A DNA stretch of 64,000 nt from an uncultured Thermoprotei archaeon (lineage in GTDB: Archaea; Thermoproteota; Thermoprotei; Thermofilales; B15-G2): the NCBI GenBank assembly GCA_965367815.1, contig CBDUKN010000004.1, positions 99,952-163,951 on the forward strand, written 5' to 3'. Each line of letters begins with the position of its first letter. The stretch's first letter is position 1. The notes beneath the pieces were generated by a model. That model saw nothing but the letters and a program-made list of their open reading frames with translations, did no database searches and was not told the DNA's origin. The position numbers and the translations under genes were made by a program. Positions 60,125 to 64,000 of this stretch are shown in pieces.

Positions 60125-61687
60125 TTGACAGAAGATGTGTCTGGCGAAGTACATGCAGGAGATTTCCTAATGGTGGGTTTTAGTGGAACTTATTTAACGC
60201 GCAATTTAAGGGAGTTCTTCGAGGAAATTAAGCCTAAAGGAGTAATTTTATTTAAAAGAAATATTGAAAATGAAAACCAACTTAAGAGGCTTATAAGTGA
60301 TCTAAGAGAGATACTTGGCGAGCCAATAATCGCCATAGATGAAGAGGGTGGAGATGTATCTCGTATAGACTTTATAGTACCTACGCCGAGTCATATGGGA
60401 TTAGCTGCCACAAGAGATCCTTCTTCCGCCTACAGAATAGCGCGAATAATAGGGAGGGAACTTAAGAGACTTGGTATAAATAGTGATTTGGCTCCAGTTC
60501 TAGATGTAAACATTAATCCAGACAACCCTATTATTGGAAATCGGTCTTTCGGAGAAGATCCCGATGAAGTAGCACTTTATGGTGAAAACTATATTAAAGG
60601 GCTTCTTGAGAGCGGTGTTATTGCTACAGCAAAACATTTTCCCGGCCATGGCGATACCTCAACAGATTCACACTATGATCTACCTATTATACCGCATAAT
60701 TACGAAAGACTAGTTAAGGTTGAAATAAAGCCTTTTCAGAGAGCAATTCGATGTGGCTGTCCAATGATAATGGTGGGGCATCTGTATGTACCAGCACTAG
60801 ATCCTGAGAAAATACCTGCTTCTTTATCTTCGAGAGTAATTAATGGCTTCTTGAGAGAGACTTTAGGGTTTGAAGGAGTAGTTATCACAGATGACTTAGA
60901 AATGAAAGCTGTTTCATCGCAATTTGAGGTCAGAAAAGCAGCGGTCAAGGCATTAAGTAGTGGTGCAGATATTGTTTTAATTTGTCATACACGTGAATAT
61001 CAAGAGGAAGCATATGAAGCTATAGAGGAAGCTCTCAAAGACCCTAGTTTTAGGAAAGAAGCTCTGTTAAAGAAAGAGAGAATAGAGAAAAATCTTGGAG
61101 TATTTCTCAAGACTAGTGTTAAAGAGAAGGATTTAGATAGAGAACATTATTTCGAAGAAGCTTTAAAAATAGCTAAAAGTGCAGTAACTGTTGTTAAGTG
61201 GAATAACTTGCCTAAAGAAGATTTTAAGAAATGTATTGTCTTTTACCCAAATAAAATAAAAGAAAGAGTAAGTTACTTCGTATACAAATTGAGCGAGAAG
61301 AAAAAGGATCTCGAAATAATAGCTGTTCCATACTGTGGGTCTAAAGCAGAGAAATACTTTGAATTAACAAAAATTATTGAACAGAAAAAAACTATATGTA
61401 TAGTGTTTACATGGAAGGCAGATAGAGATCCTTGTCAAAAAGAATTCGTCGAGAAGATAGTAAAGTGTGAGAACACAATAATTGTATCGACGAGTACTCC
61501 CTATGACATCAGAAGTTTCCTTGAAGCTGAGAGGTATATAGCGCTGTATGCAGCCTCTCCGATTATGATGGATGCATTAATAGACCTTATTACTAGTAGC
61601 GAGAAAACTAGAGGAAAACTGCCTGTAACAATACCTAACGTGGCTCAGAAAGGACAGGGACTTGAAGTAGTTATCAAGATACTCTAA
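60125..61687 (+). CDS. nagZ: GH3 beta-N-acetylhexosaminidase (two-domain NagZ type)
   Basis: DEEGG, APVLD, RSFG, KHFPGHG.T.TDSH, ITDDLEM. Confidence 0.9.
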   Translation: MTEDVSGEVHAGDFLMVGFSGTYLTRNLREFFEEIKPKGVILFKRNIENENQLKRLISDLREILGEPIIAIDEEGGDVSRIDFIVPTPSHMGLAATRDPSSAYRIARIIGRELKRLGINSDLAPVLDVNINPDNPIIGNRSFGEDPDEVALYGENYIKGLLESGVIATAKHFPGHGDTSTDSHYDLPIIPHNYERLVKVEIKPFQRAIRCGCPMIMVGHLYVPALDPEKIPASLSSRVINGFLRETLGFEGVVITDDLEMKAVSSQFEVRKAAVKALSSGADIVLICHTREYQEEAYEAIEEALKDPSFRKEALLKKERIEKNLGVFLKTSVKEKDLDREHYFEEALKIAKSAVTVVKWNNLPKEDFKKCIVFYPNKIKERVSYFVYKLSEKKKDLEIIAVPYCGSKAEKYFELTKIIEQKKTICIVFTWKADRDPCQKEFVEKIVKCENTIIVSTSTPYDIRSFLEAERYIALYAASPIMMDALIDLITSSEKTRGKLPVTIPNVAQKGQGLEVVIKIL

Positions 61688-61701
61688 CCAGTAAAATTAA
61701 G

Positions 61702-61755
61702 TCAGTGGTACTCCCTTTCTTCATCCGTAGTAGTCTGAAGGCGCATTTTCATCAT
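61702..61755 (-). ncRNA. box C/D sRNA
   Basis: ATGATGA-aaatgcgcctt-CAGA-ctactacgg-ATGAAGA-aagggagtacca-CTGA. Confidence 0.8.
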
Positions 61756-61820
61756 ATCTAGCTTTCGAGACGACACCTTTCCGAGATAGATATAAAGGGA
61801 TTAAATAATTATTTTCTCCT

Positions 61821-62321
61821 ATGAAAAACCTATGGGCTCCCTGGAGAGTAAAGTATGTGAGATATAAGGCCATAGAAAAACAAAAAGGATGTTTTCTATG
61901 TGAAATACCTAAAGAGAATAAAGACAAAGAAAACTTTATTGTTTATAGAAGTAAACACGTCTATATTGTATTGAATATTTTTCCTTATAACAATGGCCAT
62001 GTATTAGTTGCACCATATAGGCACGTAAAGTACTTAAATGAACTTAATCAAGAGGAGATGCTTGATTTAATGCAGACAGTCAACTTAGTAACTGATGCTT
62101 TACTTAGAGCATATAGACCAGACGGCTTTAATATAGGAATAAATATTGGCAGAGCTGCCGGAGCAGGAGAAGAACACTTACATGTTCACGTGGTTCCTCG
62201 ATGGAATGGAGATACGAACTTTATGGCAGTACTAGCAGAAACTAAAGTTATACCAGAGGGGCTTTATGAGACTTACAAGAATTTGAAGAAGGCTATAGAA
62301 GAGATTTTATCTCATCGGTAA
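61821..62321 (+). CDS. HIT-family hydrolase (Ap4A phosphorylase-like)
   Basis: [26 protein letters not shown]. Confidence 0.92.
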   Translation: MKNLWAPWRVKYVRYKAIEKQKGCFLCEIPKENKDKENFIVYRSKHVYIVLNIFPYNNGHVLVAPYRHVKYLNELNQEEMLDLMQTVNLVTDALLRAYRPDGFNIGINIGRAAGAGEEHLHVHVVPRWNGDTNFMAVLAETKVIPEGLYETYKNLKKAIEEILSHR

Positions 62322-63245
62322 CTTGATGTTGAGTTTCTTTGCTAGTTCTTTGTATCTATTTCTTACAGTTACTTCTGTCACTTGGGCTGCTTGAGCGACT
62401 TCTTTCTGTGTTCTAACTTCTCCTGAAAGAAGTGACGCTACATATATTGCGGCGGCTGCTAGACCAGCAGGATCCTTTCCTGCTGTAATACCGAGTTTCT
62501 TGGCTTCTTTGAGTATTTCTATTGCTTTTCTAATAGTAGTTGCGCTAAGCTTTAATGTTTCACCTATTTTTGGAGCAAAGTCGACTGGGTCAGGTAAAGG
62601 AACTCTAATTGTGGCTTCGCGAAGTAGTAGTCTATAGCATCTAGCGACATCTTTTCGTCCAGCTCTAGTATATTTCGCTATCTCATCCAGTGTTCTGGGC
62701 ATTTTGAGTTGTCGACAAGCAGCGTAAATAGATGCGGCCATTACAGACTCTATTGATCGGCCTCTAACGAGACCTGACTCAAGTGCTCGACGATATATTT
62801 CAAGTGCCTGTTCCTTTATTGTCTTAGGTAGCCCTAGCTGAGCCGCTAGCCTCTCTAGTTCCTGAGCTGCTTGCTGAAGATTCCTCTCTATTGAGGACTG
62901 ACTTCTTGCTCTAATTTGCCATTTTCTAAGGCGTAGTATCTCTATTTTGCGCTTGAGGTTTAGTTCTCTACCCGATGCATCTCGTGCTCTCCAGTCGATG
63001 ACGGTTACTAAGCTGTCTGGAGTTACTCTTGACATCGGAGCACCAACTCTGCTTCTTCTTTCTCTCTCTTCTGGAGTAAATGCTCTCCATTCAGGTCCTC
63101 TGTCAATAGACCTGTCTGTAATTACGAGTCCACAGACTGCGCAGATTAGCTCGCCTCGTGTGTAGTCCAATATTAGCTTGTCGCTACCGCACGCTGGGCA
63201 CTTCTTTACATATTCCCCCGTTTCAATAACTTCCTCCCTACTCAT
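62307..63245 (-). CDS. tfb: transcription initiation factor IIB (canonical)
   Basis: CPACG Zn ribbon, [41 protein letters not shown]. Confidence 0.96.
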   Translation of the reverse strand: MSREEVIETGEYVKKCPACGSDKLILDYTRGELICAVCGLVITDRSIDRGPEWRAFTPEERERRSRVGAPMSRVTPDSLVTVIDWRARDASGRELNLKRKIEILRLRKWQIRARSQSSIERNLQQAAQELERLAAQLGLPKTIKEQALEIYRRALESGLVRGRSIESVMAASIYAACRQLKMPRTLDEIAKYTRAGRKDVARCYRLLLREATIRVPLPDPVDFAPKIGETLKLSATTIRKAIEILKEAKKLGITAGKDPAGLAAAAIYVASLLSGEVRTQKEVAQAAQVTEVTVRNRYKELAKKLNIKLPMR

Positions 63246-63459
63246 ACAATCACCCTTACCGAATGCTTAAATAAGGGCGTTTCACCAATATATAAACTTA
63301 CCGGTTTATTAATTTTTTCTGTATCTATAGGAGAAGCTAAATTAATAGTAGACTAAATAGTACAAACTAGTATTGATATTGTATTTCGAAAATATTTACT
63401 ATATCTAGAGAAAATGTAACATAAGTAAAGAAGTAGCGACAATATTAATTAAGAGAAAA

Positions 63460-63507
63460 TCAGCAAGGGAGCATCTATCATCAATCAATCTTCACCTCCA
63501 TCATCAT
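63460..63507 (-). ncRNA. box C/D sRNA candidate
   Basis: ATGATGA-tggaggtgaaga-TTGA-TTGATGA-tagatgctcccttg-CTGA. Confidence 0.72.
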
Positions 63508-63567
63508 CTATTCCTCTAGAAACACAAGACTAAAATATATATTGCTGCCTAAGTACTATCTCTGTAA

Positions 63568-63614
63568 GTGATGACCACAGGGATATGCTGAAAAATGATG
63601 AATAGTCATGCTGA
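63568..63614 (+). ncRNA. box C/D sRNA candidate overlapping the next start codon
   Basis: GTGATGA-ccacagggatatg-CTGA-aaa-ATGATGA-atagtcatg-CTGA; second guide short (9 nt) and the C' box doubles as the ORF start. Confidence 0.5.
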
Positions 63615-63931
63615 GATAACTTTTAGACCAAAGAGGCTTTTGAATGAAAGGGATTTCGCAGAGTACTTAAGTCTTGTAAGACAAATCGCAGACTTTGATT
63701 CAGAAAATAAACGCTGGGTATATAATCCTATCAAAACAGTACTAACTATAAATTCTTTTGAAGAATTGTTAAAACTACTAGGAAAATTAATAAAATACGT
63801 CAAACTATCTCAAACTGATGTATATATCATAAAAAAATCTTATCTAGAACTTAAGGAGACGGCGGACGTGTTAATAAATATAGATAAAAGAGGAGTGACG
63901 CTGATATTCAATAAGTCTTTAAGTAATGATG
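63595..63931 (+). CDS. 5' fragment of a CDS truncated at the contig end (possibly a helicase N-terminus)
   Basis: MMNSHAEITFRPKRLLNERDFAEYLSLVRQIADFDSENKRWVY... open up to the adapter. Confidence 0.55.
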
Positions 63932-64000
63932 CTGTCTCTTATACACATCTCCGAGCCCACGAGACCTCTCTACATCTCGTATGCCGTCTTCTGCTTGAAA
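63932..64000 (+). other. Illumina Nextera adapter (artifact)
   Basis: CTGTCTCTTATACACATCT-CCGAGCCCACGAGAC-[CTCTCTAC]-ATCTCGTATGCCGTCTTCTGCTTG. Confidence 0.99.

Noticed and set aside
63575-63587. CCACAGGGATA resembles the sense strand of the LSU peptidyl-transferase region
   Set aside because: Sense rather than antisense and only ~11 nt; not an rRNA fragment, probably chance.
63932-63950. Tn5/IS50 mosaic end suggesting a transposon
   Set aside because: It continues into the Illumina index and P7 sequence, so it is a library adapter.
1-64000. CRISPR arrays, rRNA genes, IS transposases, inteins
   Set aside because: No regularly spaced repeats, no long GC-rich RNA genes and no transposase motifs; NrdD, TIP49 and TFB are normal length. 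Checked by eye only.

Overview
Low-GC archaeal DNA, most likely Thermoproteota (Thermoproteales/Thermofilum-like). This is inferred from the split alpha/beta tRNA splicing endonuclease, the intron-containing tRNAs, TFB/TFE/Rpo12, TIP49 and the mbf1-trm56-tfe cluster. Most of the window is housekeeping: Lhr helicase, class III RNR, GlyRS, MetRS, MTAP/SAHH, mevalonate kinase, two adenylate kinases and five tRNAs (Arg with one intron, Trp with two). The ORF track misses about 10 box C/D sRNAs in the intergenic gaps. Three of them have guides that appear to pair with the 16S rRNA 5' end/central pseudoknot and the 3' end/anti-Shine-Dalgarno (U3-like geometry; the targets are inferred from recalled rRNA consensus and cannot be verified here). 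Other notable items: a full-length ribophorin-I-like protein heading a sugar-nucleotide cluster; an AT-rich module of a divergent TFB paralog, a pilus/secretion ATPase and Tad-like membrane proteins; a TFE gene with no canonical start; a stranded pNOB8-type integrase at tRNA-Val; a triply frameshifted carbamate kinase; and bacterial-type murein-recycling enzymes. The last 69 nt are an untrimmed Illumina Nextera adapter.
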